This document shows positions 1-11,915 of a stretch of DNA of 64,000 nt, in pieces. This DNA is from Octopus sinensis (lineage: Eukaryota), in contig NC_043019.1 of the NCBI RefSeq assembly GCF_006345805.1, positions 1,798,001 to 1,862,000 of the forward strand. The letters run 5' to 3'. Made by a program: the position numbers and the translations under genes. The notes below the pieces were generated by a model. The model saw only the letters and a program-made list of their open reading frames with translations, ran no database searches and had not been told where the DNA came from. Positions within the stretch are counted from its first letter, which is position 1. Each line of letters begins with the position of its first letter.

Positions 1-340
1 TGACACTATATATATGTGGGTATATGTATATATTTACATATGTATATGTGGATATATGTATATATATATCTATATGAAAATGTGTGTATAAGTATGCATA
101 TATATGTAACTATATATATTGTATATATATTATATATATAAATATATATATATATATACATATATATGTGTGTGCAAGCATGTAAATATAAATATATATT
201 TACATGCATGTATTTGTATATATATATTTGTGTGTGTGTGTGTGTATACATATGCATATGTATGTATATATGTAACTAAATATATGTGTGTATATATATA
301 CATATATAGTTTCCATTATATCTCAGTATATGTATATAAT
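1..340. repeat. Compound (TA)n/(TG)n microsatellite
   Basis: Near-continuous TA/TG dinucleotide runs; the YI/CV-rich ORFs here are translation artefacts. Confidence 0.9.
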
Positions 341-671
341 GGCCGCATGGTCAGCGGAATGCAAAGAAGCATAATTCAAAGCACAATGAAATATAAAAGC
401 CGTTATTGACCAAATTTATACATTCTAATTGAATATGAATATAAAATATTAAGTATTATATCTAAAATTAATGCTGAAAATGAGAAATAATATCATTATT
501 GTATTAGCTGTGTCAATGTCAAACTATTTATTCTTTGAAGAGGAAGAATCGTGTAAAGTCTATCATCAGGGAATTCGGTATAAATTTGATGGTCTTTTAT
601 GTCCCTTTATTTCGAAGAGGTGGGGTTAGGAAATGCTTAAAATATAGGTGAAGAATCATTGAATATTGTTT

Positions 672-1249
672 TCTACTCTAGGCACAAGACCCAAAATTCT
701 GGGGGAGGGGAACAGTCGATTATATCCACCCCACTACGCAACTGGTACTTAATATATCGATCCCGAAAGGATGAAAGGCAAAGTCGACATCGACGGAATT
801 TGAACTCAGGACGTAAAGACAGACGAAATATCTATTTCTTTACTACCCACAAGGGGCTAAACACAGAGAGGACAAACAAGGACAGACAAACGGATTAAGT
901 CGATTATGTCGACCTCTGTGCGTGACTGTTACTTATTTAATTGACCCCGAAAGGATGAAAGGCAAAGTCGAACTCGTCGGAATTTGAACTCAGAACGTAA
1001 CGGCAGACGAAATATCTATTTCTTTACTACCCACAAGGAGCTAAACACAGAGAGGACAAACAAGGGCAGACAAACGGATTGAGTCGATTATATCGACCCC
1101 AGTACGCAACTGGTACTTAATATATCGACATCGAAAGGATGAAGGGCAAAGTCGACCTCGGCGGAATTTGAACTCAAAACGTTGCGGCAGACGAAATACC
1201 GCAAACCACTTCATCCGGCGTGCTAACCTTTTCGCCGGGCGTGCTAACG
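672..1249 (-). mobile_element. Three stacked copies of tRNA-derived SINE family A
   Basis: The block cgaaaggatgaaaggcaaagtcgac..ggaatttgaactcag occurs three times; the reverse strand gives B-box-like GAGTTCAAATTCC. The same family recurs throughout the window. Confidence 0.85.
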
Positions 1250-1741
1250 TACACTCATTCAATGTAGGAGAAAGTGTTACCACGTTCATTGTTACTGGCG
1301 TCGGCGACAGAAATGCCGACTTCATGACAGATGCTCAATGCTTTGTGAATATATAAATACTGTAAAACGTGACGTGGAGGTTTACTATTATGAAGCCTGG
1401 AACGATGCTTGTGAATCTGTCATTTTATTGTCGCTATAAAGGAACGCTCTGTTTATGAACTGGCAGCAGACAACCTTGACATACCACATTAGGTCTAGCT
1501 GTCCGGAACGCAAGTGCTAAGTATTTAATTCCTCTCGTTCATACAGACTACAGGTCACATGTGTTCGTCATGCCGGCTCTATTTTAATATAATGCCATTA
1601 AATTTTCTTACGCCCATATAAAAACTGTTGCTGCTAAATTGTTCATACGCCACTAAACGATGACGGGCGTACTGATTCCATGACATCATGCCACGGCAAC
1701 CCCACCGCGATAGGTGAAAATCCACGGAATGAAAACAGCAC

Positions 1742-1945
1742 TCTACTCTTTACTTGTTTCAGTCATTCGACTGCGGCCATGCTGGAGCACCGCCTTTAGT
1801 CGAGCAAATCGACCACGGGACTTACTCTTTGTAAGCCTAGTACTTATTCTATCGGTCTGTTTTGCCGAACCGCTAAGTGACGGGGACGTAAACACACCAG
1901 CATCGGTTGTCAAGCAATGCTAGGGGGACAAACACACAAACACGT
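1742..1945 (-). mobile_element. SINE family B, 3' half
   Basis: Matches the 3' half of full copies at 6245-6637 and 47616-48097 (cttgtttcagtcatt..gctggagcaccgcctttagtcgagc..ggggacaaacac). Confidence 0.85.
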
Positions 1946-2022
1946 ACACACACATACATATATATATATATATAGTAGTATTGGCTGATCTTATATATAT
2001 ATATATAAGGACAAACAATAAT

Positions 2023-3755
2023 CCCTTTTATATAATGTAATAATTGAATTCGCCTTGAATGGTCCCTTTGCATACTGAACCACTTGGTGAAATTGATTAA
2101 TAATTAATTAATTTTGCCCTCAATTGTTGAAATTATAATTAATCTCCTCTGATTAATGCTTCGGATTTTACCGAAATAAGCATAGTGTTTGATGTTTTTA
2201 ACCACCCACGCTGGTGGAAAGGGGAGAACAGAGATTCTTCGCTTGCTTATTTGAATTTGTTGGCACTGTTAGTTACGGGCAGATCTTCGAAAGGGTATGT
2301 TCTTATTTTCAGTGTTTCCAAATCCAAACCAAGGAATTTCTAGCTGATGATAGAAGTGTTGTTTTTGACTAATCTTGAAACGTACGTTCTCAATAACCTT
2401 AGCATTTGATTTTTCGATGTCCTTACCCCCAAACTTTTTTGTGAGTTGAATTAAGCAACACTATAATATGAGAGAGATTTTCTTTAAGTATTAGAAATAG
2501 CTTTAAAAGTTTTTTAGCTGCTATTTCTAATGAGTTCAGTATGGGGCAAAGTAATTTATTTTACTAAGCCCTTTTATATAATGTAATAATTTGAATTCGC
2601 CTTGAATGGTCCCTTTGCATACTGAACACTTGGTGAAATTGATTAATAATTAATTAATTTTGCCCTCAATGTTGAAATATAATATTAATCTCCCTCTGAT
2701 TAATGCTTCGGATTTTACCGAAATAAGCATAGTGTTTGATGTTTTTAACCCACGCTGGTGAAAGGGGAGGAGGACAGAGATTCTTCGCTGCTTATTTGAA
2801 TTTGTTGGCACTGTTAGTTACGGGCAGATCTTCGAAAGGGTATGTTCTTATTTTCAGTGTTTCCAAATCCAAACCAAGGAATTTCTGAGCTGATGATAGA
2901 AGTGTTGTTTTTGACTAATCTTACGTACGTTCTCAAATAACCTTAGCATTTGATTTTTCGATGTCCTTACCCCCAACTTTTTGAGTTGAATTAAGCAAAC
3001 ACTATATATGAGAGAGATTTTCTTTAAGTATTAGAATAGCTTTAAAAGTTTTTTAGCTGCTATTTCTAATGAGTTCAGTATGCGGCAAAGTAATTTATTT
3101 TACTAAGCCCTTTTATATAATGTAATAATTTGAATTCGCCTTGAATGGCCCTTTGCATACTGACACTTGGTGAAATTGATTATAATTAATTAATTTTGCC
3201 CTCAATTGTTGAAATATAATTATCTCCCTCTGATTAATGCTTCGGATTTTACCGAAATAAGCATAGTGTTTGATGTTTTTAACCCACGCTGGTGGAAAGG
3301 GGAGAACAGAGATTCTTCGCTTGCTTATTTGAATTGTTGGCACTGTTAGTTACGGGCAGATCTTCGAAAGGGTATGTTCTTATTTTCAGTGTTTCCAAAT
3401 CCAAACCAGGAATTTCTGAGCTGATGATAGAAGTGTTGTTTTTGACTAATCTTGAAACGTACGTTCTCAAATAACCTTAGCATTTGATTTTTCGATGTCC
3501 TTACCCCCAAACTTTTGTGAGTTGAATTAAGCAAACACTATATATGAGAGAGATTTTCTTTAAGTATTAGAACTAGCTTTAAAAGTTTTTTAGCTGCTAT
3601 TTCTAATGAGTTCAGTATGCGGCAAGTAATTTATTTTACTAAGCCCTTTTATATAATGTAATAATTTGAATTCGCCTTGAATGGCCCTTTGCATACTGAA
3701 CACTTGGTGAAATTGATTAATAATTAATAATTTTGCCCTCAATTGTTGAAATTAT
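2023..3755 (+). repeat. Tandem array of about 540-bp units (3.2 copies), PLE pLTR/retrozyme-like, one HHR motif per unit
   Basis: Unit restarts (cccttttatataatgtaa) at 2023, 2569, 3108 and 3644. A dispersed reverse-strand fragment lies at 18361-18570. No long ORF. Confidence 0.9.
3417..3469 (+). ncRNA. Type I hammerhead ribozyme motif, best copy in the 540-bp array (partial copies at 2341-2392 and 2886-2935)
   Basis: TGAG-CTGATGA-[T AGA AGT..ACT AA TCT T]-GAAA-CGTACG-TT-CTCA: stem I TGAG/CTCA, intact core, palindromic stem III ACGTACGT, GUU cleavage triplet. Confidence 0.7.
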
Positions 3756-3785
3756 ATATATATATTATATATAATATATATAATA

Positions 3786-3943
3786 TACGACAGGCTCTTT
3801 CAGTTTCCGTCTACAAATCCACTCACTAGGCATTGGTCGGCCTGGGGCTATAGCAGAAGACACTTGCCCAAGATGCCACGCAGTGGGACTGAACCCGGAA
3901 CCATGTGGTTGGTTAGCAAGCTACTAACCACACAGCCACTCCT
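3786..3943 (-). mobile_element. SINE family B, 5' tRNA-derived half
   Basis: Reverse strand reads aggagtggctgtgtggttagtagcttgct..gggttcagtccc (A/B-box-like); complements the 3' half at 1742-1945. Confidence 0.85.
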
Positions 3944-5026
3944 GTAATGTATCTTTTTATTTTTATAATTTATATATATATATATTTATTTTTTATAAAT
4001 TCTAAACAACACGACACAGGAATCGACGTAAGCTTACATAATAAACCGCGATAAGTGGACCGTGATATGGTGAACAATTACAGTACACACATATACGATG
4101 GATTTTTAGCTTATGCCGACCAAATCCCTACTTAAGGCTTTGGCCAACCCGGAGCTATATTAGAAAAGACTTGCTCAAGATGCCTCGATTAGGTATCTAA
4201 TATCAATTTTATATTATTGATTCAAAAGGATAACAATATACGAAATTTACTTCGGTGGAGATTGAACTCAGACGCAATAAATACAGTAAAGCATTTTGTT
4301 CGACACTCTAACGATTCTGCCAACTAAATGGTGTGGGTTTTATTTCATTATTTGTTTATTCGCAGAGAAATTTAGGAGTAGTCCAATGATAGAGGCAATA
4401 AATATTTAATTCCTATGCTGGAACATATGTCTACTCTCTAATATATAATATATATCTCCAGCTATTAGTTGAATTATTGGTGTCATAAACGTCTTTTAAT
4501 CATCCCGCTACTCTTGTCTGTGGCATCTATGCTTGCAAGAGATATAACGTTCAGCTAATAAATGGCTACGCTCCTTTGGTGTCTTTCCTAATTAACTAGA
4601 AATAATGTGTCGACAGTTAGTGTTATGATCTTACTTCAAATAGGTATTATATATTCCAGCCCGTTCATGGCACACATACCGGAACATATATATATCCGTA
4701 CGATTATGAATACACACACACACACACATACTCACGCTCACGCAGAAACGCACAAACACACATATGCACAATTGTGTGTAAATATATATTTATATGGTTA
4801 TATGTGTATACATATATATGTGTGCATGTCTGTATGTATATAAATGCACAAGTATATATATATATGTGCAGATATATACGCACTCACGGGGACTTAATAT
4901 AAAAATATGAAATAAAATGTTAGTGATTATATGTGTGTAACATGTGTATGTATTCATGGATTTATGTCAGTATTATGGTGTGAAGGACGCATACACACGC
5001 ACAAACCCATATGCATATACCCATGA

Positions 5027-5070
<44 letters not shown>

Positions 5071-5261
5071 GTAACAGAAAAGAGGAATTTCGATTATCAC
5101 CACGTAGTGAGTTGTAATGTATATAAGAAATTAAAAAAGGAAAATACGCACACTTACATAGTTTTAATATAATGTTTAATATATCGACCGGTTTTGCTAT
5201 CGCTATTCATGATATTGTTTTACTTATTTGAATATCTATTTTTTCTTAAGAAGAAACTTTG

Positions 5262-5907
5262 GGATGTTTTCCTTTTGAACGGCAGATGTCAACACAATTT
5301 CTAGTTAACTAAACACTTTTAAACTTCGTATACTGGTAGAATGTGTTTATAAAACATCAATTTCTCTTGGCTTTATTGAGAAAATTCTATAGTTTGTAAG
5401 ATATTTCGTCTGAAAATCCGAGCATTTCGGCAATTTTAACCAATCGATTACCTCCATTCAACTAAAATCATTTACTGCGTCTAAAACTGAGACAACATCC
5501 TGTAACTAACCCTAAACCTCCCCCTTAACCTTAACCCTAACCCTAAATTTTTTTTTCTCAATTGTTAAATTAATTTAATTCCATTGCTTTAGTTTTTTTT
5601 ACACGCGTAACAATTAAATTAATTTAACAGTTAAGAAAAAAAATAGAGTTAGGGTTAGGGTTAGGGGGGTGGTTTAGGGTTAGTTACAGGATGTTGTCTC
5701 AGTTTTAGACGCAGCAAATGATTTTAGCTCAAAAGAGGGCATAGGACTGGTTAAAATTCGAAAAATTAAACTTTGTTAAACAAATTACAATTTTCTCAAG
5801 AAAGCCAAGAGAAAAAAATGTTTTATTTTGACACATTCTACCAGTATACGAAGTTTTAAAGTGTTTAGTTAACTAGAAATTGTCTGCCGTTCAAAATGAA
5901 AAGATCC
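5262..5907. mobile_element. Non-autonomous foldback DNA transposon (MITE-like) with long inverted arms and internal telomere-type repeats
   Basis: Ends GGATGTTTTCCTTTTGAACGGCAGA / TCTGCCGTTCAAAATGAAAAGATCC; inverted homology over most of its length; near-perfect 8-bp TSD aaactttg (5254-5261) / aaattttg (5908-5915). Confidence 0.8.
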
Positions 5908-6244
5908 AAATTTTGTCTACGTTGTGAGTGATGGAATTCACTAGTGAATGATTTCACAAGTTGATAAATAACGGGGGGTAATTGGTTGTCGTTATTATTG
6001 TTATTGTTGTGGGTAAGAGATATAACTGTTCAGCTTTCAGTAATGGGAGGGGAATATATATGTGAATAGACCGAGACAAGTTTCAAAAACCTTGTTTAGT
6101 GAGGGGATTTATGTACAGTGTTGTAATCGTGAATTGAAATATGTAAATAGATAAAAGTTGGTTTTGCGTGTATATAAAGTTTCTTTATTTAAACGTTCTA
6201 GTTGAGAGATTATGTCTTTGTGCTGGTAGAAAGGAGAGACTCTC

Positions 6245-6637
6245 ACTTTTACTCTTTTACTTGTTTCAGTCATTTGACTGCGGCCATGCTGGAGCACCGC
6301 CTTTAGTCGAGCAAATCGACCCCGGGATTTATTCTTTGTAAGCCCAGTACTTATTCTATCGGTCTCTTTTGCCAAACCGCTAAGTGACGGGGACGTAAAC
6401 ACACCAGCATCGGTTGTCAAGCAATGCTGGGGGGACAAACATATACACACACACTTATATATATGCATATATACGACAGGCTTCTTTCAGTTTCCGTCGA
6501 CTAAATCCACTCACTAGGCATTGGTCGGCCCAGGGCTATAGCAGATGACACTTGCCCAAGATGCCACGCAGTGGGACTGAACCCGGAACCATGTGGTTGG
6601 TTAGCAAGCTACTTACCACACAGCCACTCGTGCGCCT
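6245..6637 (-). mobile_element. Full-length SINE family B
   Basis: tRNA-like head with GGTTCAGTCCC, central microsatellite, 3' tail (gtaaaaga)n on the minus strand. Confidence 0.9.
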
Positions 6638-6647
6638 ATATATAACT

Positions 6648-6889
6648 ATAATTATAATTAAGGTTCAGGTAACTGCTTGACCACATACCGAAATAAGAAA
6701 TAGGAGTTAAAAATTCCTATTCTGCTACTATAAGAATCTCCATGACGGTAAACATACTTTTTTGCCCTTGTAAAAAACTTATGTTTACCGTCATGGAGAT
6801 TCTTATAGCAGTAGAAAAGGAATTTTTTAACTCCTCTTTCTAATTTCGGTATGTGGTGAAGCAGTTAGCTGAACCCTAATTATAATTAT
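6648..6889. repeat. About 240-bp imperfect palindrome (foldback element)
   Basis: ataattataattaaggttcag..ggtaaacata mirrored by tatgtttacc..ctgaaccctaattataattat around an approximately 22-nt spacer. Confidence 0.85.
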
Positions 6890-7018
6890 GTGGATAATTA
6901 TATACAGGTTATTTTGGCGTACCGATCCACTTGGTAAAATTGTTAATTAATTGATTAATTAATTTAATTAATAAATTTTACCCTTCTATTTTTAATATAA
7001 AATTATATATATATACTA

Positions 7019-7222
7019 TTGTGTCTGGGGAGAGTCATTCTATTTTAGTGCCTTATTATTTAACACACTCACCGGTAAAATTTCCAGTTATTTCTTATTT
7101 TTATTTTCTAAAAATTTCCTTGCGTCTTGTAACCTTTTCAATAGTCTTGACTGACTATTGAAAAGGTTGCAAGTGTGTTAAATAATAAGGCACTAAAAGA
7201 GAATGACTCTCTCCAGACACAA
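7019..7222. repeat. Nested inverted repeat (PLE-type foldback)
   Basis: About 50-bp arms at 7019-7068 and 7173-7222, plus inner hairpin taaccttttcaatagtc / gactattgaaaaggttg. Confidence 0.75.
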
Positions 7223-7276
7223 CATAATATGCTTCAACACACGAACTCATATAAAGAATCTTGCAATCCAAAAGCG

Positions 7277-7310
<34 letters not shown>

Positions 7311-7875
7311 TTATGGTTGTCGACCCTACTTGTTTGTGTCTTGGTGTGTAGGCGTACACGTGTGTGTGTGTGTGTGAAGAGAAAAGGAAAGGGAAAGAAA
7401 AAGGAAACCGAAAAAATAAACCCGAGCCTTCTTGATACTGAGAACTCTTAGAATCGTTAATTACTCCAAGTTTCACGCAGTCGATCATTAAACAGAATTG
7501 ATGTATTGGGAAAAATACGTTGGTAGTCAGTTCTTTTGAGGTGTACGGTGAGGATTAGCACGAAACTAATCAAATACTCATTCAAACCTAATTGGACAGG
7601 ACGTTGTTACATTTTGAATTTGATGGAATCTCTTTGATAAGTCGATAGGCCATTAGTGAAAATTATATAAACATTAGTAAAATACACATTAGCGAAATAA
7701 AGTTGAATAAAACCGCTGTCGAGGAAATTGTCTAGGCAAACAATTTTAGAGACTGGAAGTCAGAGATGAAGTTTGCGAAAGAAGTAAAAATTAGCTAAGT
7801 TAAGGCCTGGAAATCGAAACCACGATCCTACGACCGCGAGCCGTTCTCCCAACCACGGGGCCACTGCGCCTCCAC

Positions 7876-7933
<58 letters not shown>

Positions 7934-7941
7934 ATATACAT

Positions 7942-7991
<50 letters not shown>

Positions 7992-8017
7992 TATATATAT
8001 ACATTTATATATATACA

Positions 8018-9910
8018 TTTTCATTTCTTTTCATTTGCGAGGAAACGCAGGGTCACTGCCTCCATTGTTGGTCCTCTAATTGATGAAACTGGCACTCTCC
8101 AAGATAATGCCAAATCCATGGCTGAGATACTGCAGAAACAATACAGCTCTGTTTTCAGCAATCCTGATATGGCCGATCTGGGCTGTATCAGTGATGTCAA
8201 CCCCCAACACACTATATCGGACATAACGTTTAGTGCCCCTGATGTCTTAGCGGCGATAAATGAAATAAAACACAATTCAGCAGTAGGCCCCGATAGGTTC
8301 CCTGCTTGTGTCCTGAAGGTGTGTCGACACCAACTTGCATCTCCCCTTGCTAATCTGTGGAGAAACTTACTGGATGCTGGCTATATTCCAAAAAACCTTC
8401 TGTCCCAGTCTGTTGTCCCAGTTTTCAAAAAGGGAAACAAGTCCCTTGCAGTGAACTACCGTCCGATCTCACTCACCTCTCATATCATCAAGGTATTTGA
8501 GAGGGTGGTGAGATCTCGAATAACCCAATTTCTGGAAAGCAACAGACGGCTGATATCTAACCAACATGGGTTCCGTAATGGAAGGGACTGCCTAACGCAG
8601 CTCCTGCATCACTTTGATGACATTTTGAGAGCTTTGGGAGAGGGCTCCAACACCGATGTCATCTACCTTGATTTCAGTAAGGCCTTCGACAGGGTCGATC
8701 ACAAGATCCTATTGAAAAAGCTATCCAACATTGGTGTCTCTGGAAAGTTACTGAAATGGATCAAGTGTTTCCTGACAGACAGATCTCAACATGTTGTAGT
8801 TGAAGGGGTAAAATCAAGCCCAGCCAAAGTCAGTAGTGGCGTTCCGCAAGGCACTGTGCTGGGCCCACTTCTTTTCATCATCTACATTAATGACATCAAT
8901 GACATCATCAAGCACAGCAACATAAAAATCTTTGCAGATGATTCCAAGCTACAGAAGGTCATAAATGAGGCGAGTGACCGGACATGCCTTCAGTCAGATC
9001 TACTGGCTGTTATCCAATGGGCAGAAAAAAACAATATGCTGCTGAACGAGGATAAATTTGAGTTAATCCACTTTGGAAAAGAGGATGCCCTGAAACTCCC
9101 ATACTCCCTTCCTTCAGGTGAAACTCTCGCGGCGTCCAACAACATCAGAGACTTGGGAGTAATTGTGGACAACAACATAAGCTGGGCCACTCATATAAAC
9201 ACCAAAGTTGACATGGCCCGCAGAATGTGTTCCTGGATTCTCAGAACTTTCCAGTCGAGAGATATCCACACCATTATCCTTCTATTCTCCACTTTTGCCC
9301 GACCCCACCTTGAATACTCTGGTCCACTGTGGTCTCCCCACACAATACAAAGTATCATAAAAGTTGAAGCACCTCAAAGGGCAATCACAAGAAAGATAGA
9401 TGGCATGACAGGCCTCGACTATTGGGGTCGACTAGAAAAGCTAAAACTTTATACTCTCCAACGTCGTCGTGAGCGCTACATCATCTGCATGATGTGGAAA
9501 ATATTCCATCAGCATTGCCCAAATGATGTTGGCATCACCTTTAAGGTACATCCAAGGCTTGGGCCCCATGCCATCCGCCCAAAACAAAAATCGCACTCTC
9601 ATCTCATAACAACAATACAGCACAATTATTTCACCTCAATTGGCCCCGCTCTCTTTAACATTACACCAAAACACATTAAAACAGAAACTGACCCTATAGG
9701 GTTCAAGAAGTCTTTGGACAGATTCCTTCAAGAAATCCCGGATAAACCCCCTACACCCGGATATATCTCTGTAAACAATAACTCTCTACTTGAGTGGGCC
9801 ATAGTGCCCAAATTCTGACTTGAAAGACTTCACCAGGTGGTGCTATTAAGTTAGACATGGCCTGGGCCAATAATGGCCGAAACCTATCAAAGTATCAAAG
9901 TATCAAAGTA
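8018..9910 (+). mobile_element. 5'-truncated CR1-clade LINE inserted in (TA)n
   Basis: Open RT frame, short 3' UTR, (TCAAAGTA)3 tandem 3' tail at about 9887-9910; (TA)n on both flanks. Confidence 0.85.
8118..9818 (+). CDS. LINE ORF2 reverse transcriptase (C-terminal part; endonuclease domain lost by truncation)
   Basis: 566 aa with no stops; non-LTR RT motifs NYRPISLTS, QHGFR, YLDFSKAFDRVDH, SGVPQGTVLGPLLF, FADD, and CR1-like DLGV and RPHLEY. The frame extends upstream of the ATG. Confidence 0.92.
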   Translation: MAEILQKQYSSVFSNPDMADLGCISDVNPQHTISDITFSAPDVLAAINEIKHNSAVGPDRFPACVLKVCRHQLASPLANLWRNLLDAGYIPKNLLSQSVVPVFKKGNKSLAVNYRPISLTSHIIKVFERVVRSRITQFLESNRRLISNQHGFRNGRDCLTQLLHHFDDILRALGEGSNTDVIYLDFSKAFDRVDHKILLKKLSNIGVSGKLLKWIKCFLTDRSQHVVVEGVKSSPAKVSSGVPQGTVLGPLLFIIYINDINDIIKHSNIKIFADDSKLQKVINEASDRTCLQSDLLAVIQWAEKNNMLLNEDKFELIHFGKEDALKLPYSLPSGETLAASNNIRDLGVIVDNNISWATHINTKVDMARRMCSWILRTFQSRDIHTIILLFSTFARPHLEYSGPLWSPHTIQSIIKVEAPQRAITRKIDGMTGLDYWGRLEKLKLYTLQRRRERYIICMMWKIFHQHCPNDVGITFKVHPRLGPHAIRPKQKSHSHLITTIQHNYFTSIGPALFNITPKHIKTETDPIGFKKSLDRFLQEIPDKPPTPGYISVNNNSLLEWAIVPKF

Positions 9911-9934
9911 TATACATATATATATACATATATA

Positions 9935-9974
<40 letters not shown>

Positions 9975-9978
<4 letters not shown>

Positions 9979-10100
9979 CAGGCTTCTTCCAGTTTACATC
10001 TACCAAATCAACTCACATGGCTTTGCTCGGGCCGACGCTATAGAAAGAAGACACTTGCCCAAGCTACCGAGCAGTGGGACTGAACCCACATCAACGTACT
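9975..10100 (-). mobile_element. Degenerate SINE family B 5' half
   Basis: caggcttcttccagttt..gacacttgcccaag..cagtgggactgaacc. Confidence 0.65.
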
Positions 10101-10522
10101 TCGAAAGCAATCTTTCTGTCATATGACTTGTTAACTGACAGCTTTGTATCGTGATAATTCTTCAAACTGCAAACGACACTTCCAATACACTGGACAAAGC
10201 AAGATCCCGATATACAATCTGTACATTATAGTGAAATGGTACTTCAATTACATATACACCCACATATATAAACAGATATTTAATATAAATGTGTGTGCAT
10301 GTGTGTGCGTGTGTGTGCATGTGTGTGCCCGTGTGTGTGTGTGTGTATGGGTTCTATTGTCAACTGAAATAGCTACAAACTTTCATTCAATTCAGCGTCA
10401 AGAAGGTTTGGTCATTATATACTTAATGTAAGTTTGGCAGCCATATTATTTGTTATTCTATGCATTCCTATCCACCTTAAATGTGTGTGTGTGTGTGTGT
10501 GTGCTTGTGTGACTTTGCATGA

Positions 10523-10595
<73 letters not shown>

Positions 10596-10659
10596 GTATA
10601 TGCATACACACACACCCACGCACACAAATACGCACACACACACAACAGACATACATATC

Positions 10660-10719
<60 letters not shown>

Positions 10720-10871
10720 CATACCTACATACATAAATATATACATACACACACAAACATATATACATATATATATACATATGTATATGCATAGGCACAC
10801 CGCCACGCACACACACAAATTCCACCCACACACAAATACACACATATATCTATCTATCTATCTCTCTCTCT

Positions 10872-10920
<49 letters not shown>

Positions 10921-10990
10921 GGTCCCGGGTTGATTCGGGGTTAACCACAGTAAATAAGGTACTCAATACATAGCAGAGTAAAATTAATTT

Positions 10991-11094
10991 ATTATATAGA
11001 AGGAGCTTCTACAGGACTAGAACTGTTTCATTCAAGAGAAATCTTCGAAGATTTCTCTTGAATGAAACAGTTCTAGTCCTGTAGAAGCTCCTTC

Positions 11095-11102
<8 letters not shown>
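10991..11102. repeat. Perfect 112-bp palindrome with no spacer, folded back within an HHR core
   Basis: Centre tcttc|gaaga at 11046/11047. The right arm reads GAAGA-T-TTC-TCTT-GAA-T-GAAA-C..GTC, the 3' part of a hammerhead. Confidence 0.9.
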
Positions 11103-11160
<58 letters not shown>

Positions 11161-11683
11161 CTAGAGACATGTTTCTTGCTTAAATATTGTGAGTTTCTAC
11201 TTGTATTTTGTCGTAGTTCGTTGTACCGTTTTGCATTTTGCGCTATCATCTCACGTTCTCTGTTAAGTTCTAATCAATCTACATAAAAGCATCGATGCAG
11301 ATTTTCTACAAACCCAATCACTTACATATGTGACAAGTTTGCAATTCCACAAAAGTAACCGCTTCAATTTGATATGATCTTAATCGATCTAATATAATGT
11401 AAGTGCGTGTGCTACGTACTTTTTCCGCGGTGAGGTGCAGAGTCTGACCTTTCGGGTTCGACGTCCGTCTCTGATAGAGAATAATTCAATACGATGTTGA
11501 TGTATTACTGTGATATTCATAATTGCTTGCTGTCTTTCGTTTTCTTTCTTCTTGTAACTAATCAATTTTTGTCTGTCATGGTGCTTATTTCGTTTCGGTG
11601 GAGAATCCGCATTTATTGCATATTGATTCGAAAAATGTGTTACTCTCATGAACACCGTCGTTCTTTATCACGTAGATTTGTTA

Positions 11684-11915
11684 GCGGCGAACTGGCAGAA
11701 TTATTAGCACACCGGGCGAAATGCTTGGCGGTATTTCGTCTGTCTTTACGTTCTGAGTTCAAATTCCGCCGTGGTCGACTTTGCCTTTCATCCTTTCGGG
11801 TTCGATAAATTAAGTACCAGTTACGCACTGGGGTCGATCTAATCGACTTAATCCCTTTGTCTGTCCTTGTTTGTCCTCTCTATGTTTAACCCCTTGTTGG
11901 CAATAAAGAAATAAG
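11684..11915 (+). mobile_element. Full-length SINE family A
   Basis: A-box-like gcggcgaactggcagaa, B-box GAGTTCAAATTCC, 3' end ggcaataaagaaataag. Confidence 0.85.

Noticed and set aside
2023-3755. CRISPR-like or rDNA-spacer interpretation of the tandem arrays
   Set aside because: Whole units repeat with no unique spacers; the context is eukaryotic and there are no cas or rRNA sequences.
5505-5682. True telomere or chromosome-fusion site
   Set aside because: Only a few degenerate units, embedded symmetrically within a TSD-flanked transposon.
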